A stretch of 64,000 nucleotides of DNA. Source: Candidatus Spongiisociaceae bacterium (GTDB lineage Bacteria; Actinomycetota; Acidimicrobiia; Spongiisociales; Spongiisociaceae). Location of the stretch: contig OZ253564.1 in NCBI GenBank assembly GCA_965262915.1, positions 672,001-736,000 on the forward strand. Reading direction: 5' to 3'. Below, piece by piece: positions 49,445-59,339 of this stretch (its first letter is position 1; each line of letters opens with the position of its first letter). The notes under the pieces were generated by a model that did not search any database, was not told where the DNA came from, and saw nothing but the letters and a program-made list of their open reading frames with translations. Position numbers and translations under genes: made by a program.

Positions 49445-49809
49445 TTAGCGACTGTTCAATCTTTCGCGTAAGGAGCGCTTGAGCCCGTTGAGCATCTTGC
49501 CGGCTTCGCTTGCTCGTCCTTGGACAGGTCTGATCTGTTTCTCTTCTACGATCCCAAGACGCTGCGCTAGGACAAGATAGGTCTCAGTCTCCGCCAACGA
49601 TCCACTGGCTATGCCGAGGAACTGCAGGTACTCCTTCAGGCTGTGGCGGTTGGCACCCTCCGCAATGTTGGCAGCTACCGATGTCGCCGAACGCCGCATC
49701 TGGCTGGTAATCCCGAACCTCTCCTCCCGCGGGACCGGGCGGAGAGCCGGTATGACATCTCAGCCAACTCGACCGACTTCTGCCATACGTCGAGATCGTG
49801 GTAACTCAT
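49445..49809 (-). pseudogene. four-helix-bundle (23S rRNA IVS-protein-like) gene with two compensating frameshifts
   Basis: MSYHDLDVWQK...P.EERFGITSQMRRSATSVAANIAEG...FL.IA.GSLAETET. Confidence 0.85.
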
Positions 49810-49914
49810 CTATATCCCTTCGGTGCTGGCGATCCCAGGGCCGCACTTACCACAACTCCTGGTGGTATCTTTATATAACAACCGTATACATATGTAAAGA
49901 GCTAACTAAAATAC

Positions 49915-49935
49915 CTGACACCCAGCACCTGGCAC
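49915..49935 (+). repeat. degenerate CTGRCAC x3 abutting the CoA-transferase stop codon
   Basis: CTGACAC CCAGCAC CTGGCAC. Confidence 0.7.
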
Positions 49936-51048
49936 CTAGCGCGGGAGATCGGGAGCCGGTCGGCGGGTGGCGGGGTCGCCGTGAGACGGCAGCTTCACCG
50001 GGTTGCCCGCCATCTCCAGGACCGAGCCGTCCGGTAGCCCCACCCCCACGATCATGTTCCTGGCCCGCACTCCCGGATCGTCCACCACCGCGGCGATGTC
50101 GTTGATCGGCCCGCAAGGTATGCCCGCCTCGACCAGCCGGTCTAGCCAGGCGGCGGCGGTGTCGGTCGAGAGGGCCTCCTCCATCTCGGCGCCCAGCTCC
50201 ACGGCGTGCTCGGTGCGGGCCTCGTTGGTGGCGAACCGGGGATCGCCGGCCAGGTCGGGCCGCCCCAGCGTCTCGCACAGCCCCGTGAACAGGGTGTCGT
50301 TGCCGGCGGCGATCACCAGGGGACGGTCGGAGGCCCGGTAGGCGTCGAAGGGGGTTATCGAAGGGTGGCGGGCGCCCAGCGGGCCCGGAACCAGGCCGGT
50401 GGCCGAGTAGCGGGCGATGGCGTTCTCGAGGATGGCTACCTGGCAGTCGAGCATGGCGATGTCCACCATCTGTCCCAGCCCGGTCCGCTCCCGTTCGTGG
50501 AGAGCCGAGAGGATCCCGACGGCGGCGAACAGGCCGGCGGCGATGTCCCCCACCGAGGTGCCGACCCTCGTGGGAGGGCCCCCCGGATGGCCGGTCAGGC
50601 TCATCAGCCCGCCCATGGCCTGCACCACCATGTCGTAGGCGGGACGTTCGGAATAGGGGCCGGTCCGGCCGAACCCGCTCACCGCCGCGTACACCAGCCT
50701 CGGCCAGCGGGCGTGCAGGACCTCCCATCCGTAGCCCATCCGGTCGAGGGTTCCGGGGCGGAAGTTCTCCACCAGCACGTCGGCCCCGTCGAGGAGCTGC
50801 TCGAACTCCTTGCGGTCATCCGGGACCCCCAGGTCGAGCGCCGTGGCCGACTTGCCCCGGTTGAGCGACTCGAAGTACACGCTGCGACCCCCGTAGAAGG
50901 GCCCGAACCCCCGCGCGTCGTCCCCCCGACCGGGACGCTCCACCTTGATCACCCGCGCCCCGAGGTCGGAGAGCACCATGGTGGCGTACGGACCGGCCAG
51001 CACCCGGCTCAGGTCAACGATCGTTATGTCGGAGAGGGGCCCGTCCAT
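49936..51048 (-). CDS. CaiB/BaiF family III CoA-transferase
   Basis: PLSDITIVDLSRVLAGP, LGARVIKVE, NRGK. Confidence 0.93.
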   Translation of the reverse strand: MDGPLSDITIVDLSRVLAGPYATMVLSDLGARVIKVERPGRGDDARGFGPFYGGRSVYFESLNRGKSATALDLGVPDDRKEFEQLLDGADVLVENFRPGTLDRMGYGWEVLHARWPRLVYAAVSGFGRTGPYSERPAYDMVVQAMGGLMSLTGHPGGPPTRVGTSVGDIAAGLFAAVGILSALHERERTGLGQMVDIAMLDCQVAILENAIARYSATGLVPGPLGARHPSITPFDAYRASDRPLVIAAGNDTLFTGLCETLGRPDLAGDPRFATNEARTEHAVELGAEMEEALSTDTAAAWLDRLVEAGIPCGPINDIAAVVDDPGVRARNMIVGVGLPDGSVLEMAGNPVKLPSHGDPATRRPAPDLPR

Positions 51049-51405
51049 CCCCGGTGACGGTAGCGGGCGGCCGGGCGCGAATGGCCGATGGCGGGGATCG
51101 GCGGCCACGTTCCACCGGGCGGTTCCGGGCGCGAGCACAGACGGGGGCGACGCCCAGGGAGCCTTCGACCGCGGCGACCCGCTCCGCGAAGGCCCCCGAC
51201 CCCCAGCCACCTCCTCGATGTGGCGGTCGTGGGCGGTCGACCCGGAGGCGTTCCCGGAAGTGTCGGCACCCCGCGGCCCGGCGCCAGGCGCCGGTTGATC
51301 TCCCCACCCGCGATACGTATATATATATAGGTCTCAGGTGTCAGTGGTGGCTGGTGGGTCTGAGGGGTTCTCGGTGTCTTTGAGTTGTGTCGTCACTTGC
51401 CGGTC

Positions 51406-51433
51406 CTGGCCCCTGGCACCTGGCACCTGGCAC
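51406..51433 (+). repeat. CTGGCAC x4
   Basis: Seen directly; inverted GGTCTCAGGTGTCAG at ~51330. Confidence 0.85.
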
Positions 51434-51438
51434 TCGAT

Positions 51439-51996
51439 CTACCTGCCGGTAGTCACCGACCGCGGGCGGCTGGATGTGGCTTCTATGTAGCCCTCGACTC
51501 TGGAGACGCGTTCTTTGAAGCCGGCTACCTGGTCGCCGACCTCTCTGATGTTGCGGTCGTGGGTGGCGGCGTTGGTGTCGATCTTGTCGCCGATTTCCTT
51601 GAAGTCCTCCCGTGTATCACCGCGGAAGGTCTCGAATCGCTCGCGGTCCCCGGCCGCGGCGGCGGCGATGGTGTCGATCTTGGTCGTGTTGAGTGCGATG
51701 TTGCCGTTGGTCTCGGCGGCGTTGACGGCGATGGCGGTGGTGTTGGCGGCGATGGCAGCGGTGTTGGCGTCGAAGCGGTCCAGTACTTCGGTGCGGAAGT
51801 CCTTTACTTCGGTGCGGAAGTCTTTGAGTTCTTTGCGGTCGTCCTCGCGGTCCTTCCCTACTTGGTTGCTGAATTTCTCGATTGACTCGTCGAGGGTGCG
51901 CCGGAGATTGGCCTGGAGCCGCAGAGCGAGTCCCACGAAGGTGACCAGCATCACCAGCATGGGGATGAGCGCTTCCAGCATCTGGGTGGTGTTCAT
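51439..51996 (-). CDS. N-terminal TM plus coiled-coil protein, copy 1
   Basis: Hydrophobic N-terminus; I-x-x-N-T heptads; ERVSRVEG C-terminus. Confidence 0.8.
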   Translation of the reverse strand: MNTTQMLEALIPMLVMLVTFVGLALRLQANLRRTLDESIEKFSNQVGKDREDDRKELKDFRTEVKDFRTEVLDRFDANTAAIAANTTAIAVNAAETNGNIALNTTKIDTIAAAAAGDRERFETFRGDTREDFKEIGDKIDTNAATHDRNIREVGDQVAGFKERVSRVEGYIEATSSRPRSVTTGR

Positions 51997-52274
51997 GTGT
52001 CCGGACCTTACCTTTCGCCGATGTTGCCCCGGAAGGGGCTGGCCTCGTGTCGCTTCGGGGATGGTTGCCGCGGTGCGGCCAGTACCGATGCCCGGCGGTC
52101 GGAAACCCCGCAGGCATGGCAGTGGTAGGTGGCGTATGTTCGTAGTTGGTAATCTACTACATAGTTGGATGGTCGAGAAGGGGGTTACGAGTTATTCGGT
52201 GGTGTGTCGCAGCACGGGCTCTTGACGGCCTCCTGGTTAGAGGTACCGATAATCTGGTGCCCTCCCGGTCGCCA

Positions 52275-52435
52275 CTGGCACCTGGCACCTGGCACCTGGC
52301 ACCTGGCACCTGGCCACTGGCACCTGGCCTCTGGCACCTGGCCTCTGGCACCTGGCCTCTGGCACCTGGCCTCTGGCACCTGGCCTCTGGCACCTGGCCT
52401 CTGGCACCTGGCACCTGGCACCTGGCACCTGGCAC
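52275..52435 (+). repeat. 23-unit heptamer array with a 14-mer superstructure (CTGGCAC-CTGGCCT)
   Basis: Counted by hand. Confidence 0.95.
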
Positions 52436-52446
52436 TCCGGTCCGAT

Positions 52447-53160
52447 CTACCTGCCGGTGGTCACCGGCTGCGGGCGGCGGCTGGATGTGGCTTCTATGTA
52501 GCCCTCGACTCTGGAGACGCGTTCTTTGAAGCCGGCTACCTGGTCTCCGACCTCTCTGATGTTGCGGTCGTGGGTGGCGGCGTTGGTGCCGATCTTGTCG
52601 CCGAGTTCCTTGAAGTCCTCCCGTGTATCACCGCGGAAGGTCTCGAATCGCTCGCGGTCCCCGGCCGCGGCGGCGGCGATGGCGTCGATCTTGGCGTTGG
52701 TCTCGGCGGCGATGGCGTCGATCTTGGCGTTGGTCTTGGCGGCGTTGGCGTCGATCTTGGTCGTGTTGAGTGCGATGTTGCCGTTGGTCTCGGCGGCGTT
52801 GACGGCGATGGCGGTGGTGTTGGCGGCGATGGCCGCGGTGTTGGCGTCGATCTTGCGGTTGGTGGTCTCGAAGCGGTCCAATACCTCGGTGCGGAAGGCT
52901 TGGAGCTCTCTGCGGTCCTCCTCGCGGTTGGCCTGTGCTTCGGTGAGGTCTTTGTCGCGGTTGGCGCTTACTTCGGTGCGGAAGGCTTGGAGTTCTTCGC
53001 GGTCCTTCTCGCGGCCCTTCCGTACTTCGGTGCGGAATTTGTCGATTGACTCGTCGCCGCTGCGCCTGAGATTGGTCTGGAACCGCAGAGCCAGTCCCAC
53101 GAAGGCGGCCAGCATCACCAGCATGGGGATGAGCACTTCCAGCACCTGGGTGGTGTTCAT
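52447..53160 (-). CDS. N-terminal TM plus coiled-coil protein, copy 2 (repeat-expanded)
   Basis: Paralogue of 51439-51996 with extra modules. Confidence 0.8.
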   Translation of the reverse strand: MNTTQVLEVLIPMLVMLAAFVGLALRFQTNLRRSGDESIDKFRTEVRKGREKDREELQAFRTEVSANRDKDLTEAQANREEDRRELQAFRTEVLDRFETTNRKIDANTAAIAANTTAIAVNAAETNGNIALNTTKIDANAAKTNAKIDAIAAETNAKIDAIAAAAAGDRERFETFRGDTREDFKELGDKIGTNAATHDRNIREVGDQVAGFKERVSRVEGYIEATSSRRPQPVTTGR

Positions 53161-53233
53161 GTGTCCGGACCTTACCTTTCGCCGATGTTGCCCCGGAAAG
53201 GGCCATCCTCGTGTCGCTTCGGGGATGGTTGCG

Positions 53234-53282
53234 CCGGCACCTGGCACCTGGCACCTGGCACCTGGCACCTGGCACCTGGCAC
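53234..53282 (+). repeat. CTGGCAC x~7
   Basis: Seen directly. Confidence 0.95.
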
Positions 53283-54742
53283 CCCCGTGTACCGGCGTTC
53301 CCCGCTCTTGTGGGGTGGTCGTGGGGTCGGGTCGTTCCGTGCGAGGCGCAGGCAGCCGTTCGCCGGACTCGAGCGCGCATGGGGGTTGTTCCTGTCACGG
53401 TCGTGTTGCACTATGTATATACCAAGCACCCGGGCGGTGTCGGACCGACGTCATTCGACTGCCCGAGGGATCACGAATTCTCGGTGCCGGACGGCCCCCA
53501 TCGGGCGGGCAGGACGCGCCCCGAGGCCCGGATGGGTGGTGGTGGGGGAGGGCCCGATGCAGGGGTGGGGGGTGGCGTTTTTCGCGATCTGGGGGTGTGA
53601 TCGGGGGGATGGGCGGGCAGGGGGGTCTCTGTCGCCTTTTCTTTCGTTGCGGGGCGGATCATGTCGGTGTATTCGTGGGGATCGTTAGGAACTCGGGAAC
53701 CTTTGGTTACGAACGCGGGAACTATTACAGGGGCTGTTTCTCCGGGTTCGGCGCCTGTCGAGTACGCGCTGAGGAAAATATCTGGCACGCGTTGAGCCGT
53801 GGAAGGGAGCCGGGTGCTGCTTGTGGCCGGAGTTCGGGATGAGATTCTCGGGGGAGTTCGTCGTCGGGGGTTTGCCGACCGGGGGGTGTGAGTTGCCGGT
53901 GCTGGCGGGCTACACGTCTATGTGTCTGCGTTCTTGTTCTTCGGTCGGGCAGGTGGACCGGATCGGCCTATCGGGCGGGCGGGTAACCGGCCATGTGATG
54001 GAACCGTGTCGTATATGGGCATGGCCGATCTGTCGGGGCGACCGTGGAACGTATAGTTGGTGATCCGGCGATGGCGGGGCGTGAGCCTGGCGGTGGCGGG
54101 GCGGGCGGTGCGGCGCCGGCGGATCCGGTCCCGAGGGTGGGTTCTGGAGAACGCAGCGGTGTCCGGTTCTGCTGTCGGGTTTGGGCAAAACGTTACGTGA
54201 CCAGGGGATTCGGCGTATCGGTCCGGGTGCTATCGCTCCCTCGCCGGTCGGGATCCGGTCGGGGTGGCCGGTGGTCGAGGATGTGATCGGTGGCCGGCGC
54301 CAGGTGGGAGCGGCGGCCGGTCGGGCTGCATGGGTCGCCGCCGGGCAACCGCCGGCGACCGTACTCTGGGGGCCGCGAAAAAAGGCTTAGACCAGGGAAC
54401 AGCGGAGTTCGCGAAGAACCGCGTACGCACGATTCGGGAAGTGCCATGTCCCGCGGGTTCCGCGCGGTTCGGGCGATCCTCCGGAACCGTCGATCGGCAC
54501 CGTAGATATCTGCGGGTCGGCATTTTCAAGGGGCCAAGTAGCTTGCGTTCGCGGGTTGGCATCGGTACCGTTAGACCCACATGGCTGATCAGGCCCGCAG
54601 CGAAGTTGCGTTGAGCGACGCTTCACATAACATGCGCGTGGGTGGGCGGCGTGTTATATTGGATGGCTAGCCGAGAAATTGGGTTGTAACCGATCCTTCT
54701 CGGCGGCCGACTAAGCCATATGAAAGAAGGAAGGGAGGGCAA

Positions 54743-57130
54743 ATGCCCCTGATAGCGAGGCAGCGTTCGCGGCTGGCTGTGCTGGCCGTGCTGGCCTTGG
54801 TGGGTTCACTTCTTGCCGTTTCTGCGGTGCCAGTCGCCGCTGAGGACGGGAAGGCGGACAACGAGGCCGTATATTCAGCATGTGCCGGTGCTGCGATGGC
54901 CGATGCCGGATTCACCGATATGGACGGCAGCTTTGCCGAGGCTGCAGCGAATTGCTTGGCCCACTACGGCATCACGACGGGAACCAGCGAGGGTGTATTC
55001 TCGCCGACTGATTCGATCACCCGGTTGCAGATGGCTCTGTTCCTGAGCCGGGCTGCTGGCCCGGCGGGGATCGAGTTGCTGGATCCCGCAAAGGATCAGG
55101 GCTTCGACGACATCGCCGGTTTGGCCGACTTCATTCAGGACGCCATCAACCAGGTGGCCGAGTTGGAGATCATGACGGGGACCGATGGTTCGTTCTCGCC
55201 CATGGCTGACGTGAACCGCGAGGACATGGCGACGTTCTTGGACGCATTCCTTGCCAATGCGATCTTGGGCCCGGGTGCAATCGGCGGTGGCATCAACGAC
55301 GATAAGTACTCAGGGGACAACGCGGACGTTGAGCCCGATGACAAGCAGTTCACCGACATCGATCGGGTACCGAGGGTGGCGTACGAAGCAATCCGCCGCC
55401 TCTATGAGGTTGGCGTGGCGCAGGGTACGACCGATACGACCTTCGGCCCGAGTGAGTTGGTGAACCGTGGGCAGATGGCAGTGTTCATCTCCCGGATGCT
55501 GGCTCACACCAATGCCCGTCCGGCCGGTCTGACTATCCAGGCCGAGGGCGATGCGACCGCGGACTCGGACAGCACCATCGCGGTCCATGTGTCTCTGCGC
55601 GGTGACGATCATCAGCCGGTGGCCGATGCGATCATTGATGCCTTCCGTACCTCCGCTCCGGCAGATGCGTTCAACGACGACGGTACCTGTGACGTGTCTT
55701 CCGACGGTGTCGCGCACGAAGGAGGCACGGACACGTGTCAGATTGACGCGAGCGACGAGATCACCGATCCGGACGGAAACCTGATCATTGATCCGCCAGG
55801 GACCTCCGCCGGTGCCGTGACGCTGTGGGTGTGGACCGGCAAGAGCGGCGACACCTACGACGATGACGAGACCACCAAGGCAACGATCGAACTCTCGTAC
55901 ACCAAGCCTGCCAGCATGGTCAGGGTGACCGACACCATGGACAAGCACGCCGTGGCCTTGAAGTTCGGCGATTCGATTACCTTCACCTTCCAAGTGGTTA
56001 ACGAGGACGGTAACGCGGTAACCGAGAAGGATGTCGCGATCAATGTCGTTTCCATGGAGCGGGCCGCGTCGCCTACGGCCGACACCACCGCGATGGCAAG
56101 GTTGGACATCGCCGACGGCAGCACCGGCTATGTGGCCCCGTTCCGTAGTCTCAACACGGAATACATGACGAACGCGGACGGTCAGGTGGAGGTCACCTTC
56201 GGCATTGATGACCTCCGTCCCATGTCGGGTGACGGAGGTGATCTCGGTCGGCTCGATCTGGATGTGACTCTCGACGCCAGCTCGACGTTGACGCTGAGTG
56301 ACATGACGGAACGCAAGGTCATCGACGACGGCGACGGCGACGTCGCTACCGACCCGGTGATCGAGTGGCGGGATACGCCGTCGGCGCCTACAAGCTTGGC
56401 GCTCGGCCTTCCGCAGAGCTATCACTTGGTGTCTACTGCAGGTAGCGGGGCGAGTAGCTCGGTTACGGCCACCCTCGTCAACCAGTACGGCGATCCGATC
56501 TCACGCGCCAAGGTGCGTTTCTACTCGGATGCCACTGAAACGGTAGGTAGTCCCCCTGTTTCATTGAATACATTGGCGGGAATGGCTGACGGATCAACGG
56601 GTCCGAAGCCTCGTAGCACCAACCGCAACGGTGTGGCCACCCAGTCGTACAGTCGAAGTGCGGCCGGCGTTGATGTAGAGACCATCAACGCTCAGTACGT
56701 CCAGGGTCCTTGCAACGATGAGGATTCCGACTGTCCCGATGGTCTCGCCACGGGTGTGACCGATGTAGCGGATATATCCGCCATGGCGGTTATGCATTAC
56801 TGGGGTGTATCGGCGCCGGCGGGTACACCGACTAACGCTCTGCCCATCGTGGTGAGGGATACCGATAGCAACACCATCGTGTTGTCGAATGGGACAAATA
56901 TCTACATCGTCAGCTACAAGTCGATCGATGCCTTCGAGGTGGTTAACACGGGCACAGCGACGGGCGTCTTGGCTACCGGCACTAGGACCATGGACACGTT
57001 CGTGAGCACTCTCAACGCTCTCAGCACTGCTCAGCTAGCTGAAAGCAGTACCACGTTGAATGTCACGCTGTCGGGCAGTCGCAAGGTACCGGGCAGGTTC
57101 GTCTTGGCCTTCAATATTGACGACACATAA
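54743..57130 (+). CDS. SLH-domain surface/S-layer protein 1
   Basis: GGAGG RBS; signal peptide; SLH-like repeats (FTD...GIT.GT...FSP...ITR.QMA.F); acidic beta-rich C-terminus. Confidence 0.88.
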   Translation: MPLIARQRSRLAVLAVLALVGSLLAVSAVPVAAEDGKADNEAVYSACAGAAMADAGFTDMDGSFAEAAANCLAHYGITTGTSEGVFSPTDSITRLQMALFLSRAAGPAGIELLDPAKDQGFDDIAGLADFIQDAINQVAELEIMTGTDGSFSPMADVNREDMATFLDAFLANAILGPGAIGGGINDDKYSGDNADVEPDDKQFTDIDRVPRVAYEAIRRLYEVGVAQGTTDTTFGPSELVNRGQMAVFISRMLAHTNARPAGLTIQAEGDATADSDSTIAVHVSLRGDDHQPVADAIIDAFRTSAPADAFNDDGTCDVSSDGVAHEGGTDTCQIDASDEITDPDGNLIIDPPGTSAGAVTLWVWTGKSGDTYDDDETTKATIELSYTKPASMVRVTDTMDKHAVALKFGDSITFTFQVVNEDGNAVTEKDVAINVVSMERAASPTADTTAMARLDIADGSTGYVAPFRSLNTEYMTNADGQVEVTFGIDDLRPMSGDGGDLGRLDLDVTLDASSTLTLSDMTERKVIDDGDGDVATDPVIEWRDTPSAPTSLALGLPQSYHLVSTAGSGASSSVTATLVNQYGDPISRAKVRFYSDATETVGSPPVSLNTLAGMADGSTGPKPRSTNRNGVATQSYSRSAAGVDVETINAQYVQGPCNDEDSDCPDGLATGVTDVADISAMAVMHYWGVSAPAGTPTNALPIVVRDTDSNTIVLSNGTNIYIVSYKSIDAFEVVNTGTATGVLATGTRTMDTFVSTLNALSTAQLAESSTTLNVTLSGSRKVPGRFVLAFNIDDT

Positions 57131-57187
57131 CTTGGACTCTGGAGGGCGGGAGTCGCCGTAAGGCACTTGACGCCCGCCAGAACTAGG

Positions 57188-57220
57188 AGGAGGGTCCCGG
57201 TTAGATACCGGGACCCTCCT
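57188..57220 (+). terminator. perfect 14-bp hairpin after S-layer gene 1
   Basis: AGGAGGGTCCCGGT-TAGAT-ACCGGGACCCTCCT; no U-tract. Confidence 0.65.
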
Positions 57221-57305
57221 CGCGTCTGGGGTGGTTGCGCCCAAACTGCCGCTGGTTGGGGCGGTTTGGCCACTAGACTCGGGGATGGATGAAAGGAGAG
57301 ATCTG

Positions 57306-59339
57306 ATGTCGCGGCGTTCATCGTTGATCGTGTTGGCTGTGTTGTCCTTGGTGGCCACGCTCCTGGCCGTCTCCGCGGTGCCGGCCGCTGGGGAGGACTA
57401 TCCGGCGACCTACTCGGCCTGTGTGGGCCCGGCCACCGAATCGGCCGGGTTCGAGGACGTACCGGAGGGGAGCGTTTCGGAGGCGGCGATCAACTGCATG
57501 GCGCACTACGGGATCATGCCTGGCGCTTCCGCCAATACTTTCTCACCGACGTTGGGTGTTACCCGCCAGGCGATGGCCCTGTTCCTCATCCGATCGGCGG
57601 GCCCGGCCGGCATCGACATCCCGAAAGCCAGGGACGAGGGATTCAGGGACATCGACGATCTTCCCCGCTCGGTCCGTGACGCCATCAACCAGTTGGTCGC
57701 GCTCGATATCACCAGGGGCACGACGTCCAAGACCTTCTCCCCCGATGATTTGGTGACCCGTCGCCAGATGGTCCAGTTCCTGGCCCGGTTTCTCGATGAG
57801 GCGCCGGTCGGGGAGGGCGGTGTGGATATCGAAGATGTGGACCCCGACGACGACCAGTTCGTCGATATCGACGACCTTCCCCACGGTCCTTACGACGCCA
57901 TCCGCAACCTGTTCGAGATGGGCGTTACCAACGGCACCTCACGAACCAGGTTCTCTCCCGACCGTACGGTGACCAGGGCCCAGATGGCCATGTTCATCTC
58001 CCGGATGCTGGCCCACACCAACGCCCGCCCGGCCGGGGTCACCATGCAGGCGCCCGACACGTCGGTGGCCGCCGGCGACACCGCCGAGGTGGTGATATCG
58101 GTGCGGAACTCCGACTTCGAAGCCGCGCAGGACGTGTTCGTGGATCTATTCCATGCTCCGTCCCGGCGTGTGGCCTTCGACTCCGGCGGACGGTGCTACG
58201 ACGACGTGACCGCCGCAGCCGGAGACCAGCCCTGCGTCATCGACTTTAGCGACACGACCACGGACAGTCTCGGCAACCTGGTCTACGATGTACTCGTCGA
58301 CGCGAGCCTGGTGTTGTGGGTGTGGACCGGGGATCGCAACGACCGGTTTGACGCCGACAGGACCCAGGCCGCGACGTTGGAGTTCAGCGCCGGCAAGGCC
58401 CCCGATAAGTTCAAGATCACCTACGACATACCCGAGGAGGCCATCAAGGTCCCCTTCGGGAGGTCGGTCACCGTCACCTTCCAGTTGGTGGACGAGGACG
58501 ACAACCCGGCGAGCGAGCGGGGCGCGGAGATACGAGTCCGCAGCATCGAGAAGAACGGGGGTAGGGTGGATCGTGACCGCAGCAGGACGCTTACCACCGA
58601 CTCGTCGGGCCAGGCGCAGCTACGCTTCCGCCAGACCGATCCGGACTCGCGCGACGGTGATCCCGACGCCACTCTCGACCTCACCGTGGAGAGAGCCGAC
58701 TACGATTGGGATCCGACGCCGAGGGTGCAGTGGTCCGATGAGGACGAAGAGGCCAGAACCCTGGTCGCCGAGCAATCAGTCGCCTATCACTACGCGTCAA
58801 ACGCGGGCCAGGGCGTCTATCACACGGTGACCGCCACCCTGTACGATCAGTACGGTGATCCGGTGCGATCACGGCAGAAGGTGTCCTTCAAGTCCAACGA
58901 TCCGGCCGGGTTGAGTTCCACGGGCCAGGGCGACGCCCAGAGTGTCTACCGCAAGTCGGTCAGCAGCCGGGGCGTAGCCAGAGTCGGCTACTGGCGTAGA
59001 TCGACCGACACTCTCAGGGAGATCATCGAAATCAGCATGCTGGTGGGCAGTCGCCTGATACAGGTCATTCCCCCCGTCGAGCACTACTGGGTCGGAGACC
59101 CCCGCGTCGGCGAGCCGACAAGGGGTCTGGTGTTGCATCACGACGAGGACCGGAACACGTTGGTCTTCGGTGCCGACGACGACCCCTACGTGATCACCTA
59201 CCACTCGAGCGACCAGTTCATCGGGCCGGACGGCAACGAGGTCTTCTCCACGTTCGCAAAGGAGATCGGTGTGGGTGACAATCTGACGGTTACAGTTGAC
59301 GGCTCGCGTGGGGCCCCCAACCGCTTAGTCCGGGGTTGA
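57306..59339 (+). CDS. SLH-domain surface protein 2
   Basis: AAGGAG RBS; same architecture; MLAHTNARPAG linker. Confidence 0.88.
   Translation: MSRRSSLIVLAVLSLVATLLAVSAVPAAGEDYPATYSACVGPATESAGFEDVPEGSVSEAAINCMAHYGIMPGASANTFSPTLGVTRQAMALFLIRSAGPAGIDIPKARDEGFRDIDDLPRSVRDAINQLVALDITRGTTSKTFSPDDLVTRRQMVQFLARFLDEAPVGEGGVDIEDVDPDDDQFVDIDDLPHGPYDAIRNLFEMGVTNGTSRTRFSPDRTVTRAQMAMFISRMLAHTNARPAGVTMQAPDTSVAAGDTAEVVISVRNSDFEAAQDVFVDLFHAPSRRVAFDSGGRCYDDVTAAAGDQPCVIDFSDTTTDSLGNLVYDVLVDASLVLWVWTGDRNDRFDADRTQAATLEFSAGKAPDKFKITYDIPEEAIKVPFGRSVTVTFQLVDEDDNPASERGAEIRVRSIEKNGGRVDRDRSRTLTTDSSGQAQLRFRQTDPDSRDGDPDATLDLTVERADYDWDPTPRVQWSDEDEEARTLVAEQSVAYHYASNAGQGVYHTVTATLYDQYGDPVRSRQKVSFKSNDPAGLSSTGQGDAQSVYRKSVSSRGVARVGYWRRSTDTLREIIEISMLVGSRLIQVIPPVEHYWVGDPRVGEPTRGLVLHHDEDRNTLVFGADDDPYVITYHSSDQFIGPDGNEVFSTFAKEIGVGDNLTVTVDGSRGAPNRLVRG

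Noticed and set aside
49445-49809. Diversity-generating retroelement (Avd-like gene)
   Set aside because: No RT gene and no template/variable repeat pair with adenine-specific differences was seen.
52146-52529. ORFs with WHLAPGT/QVPGARC repeats
   Set aside because: They are translation artefacts of the heptamer DNA array.
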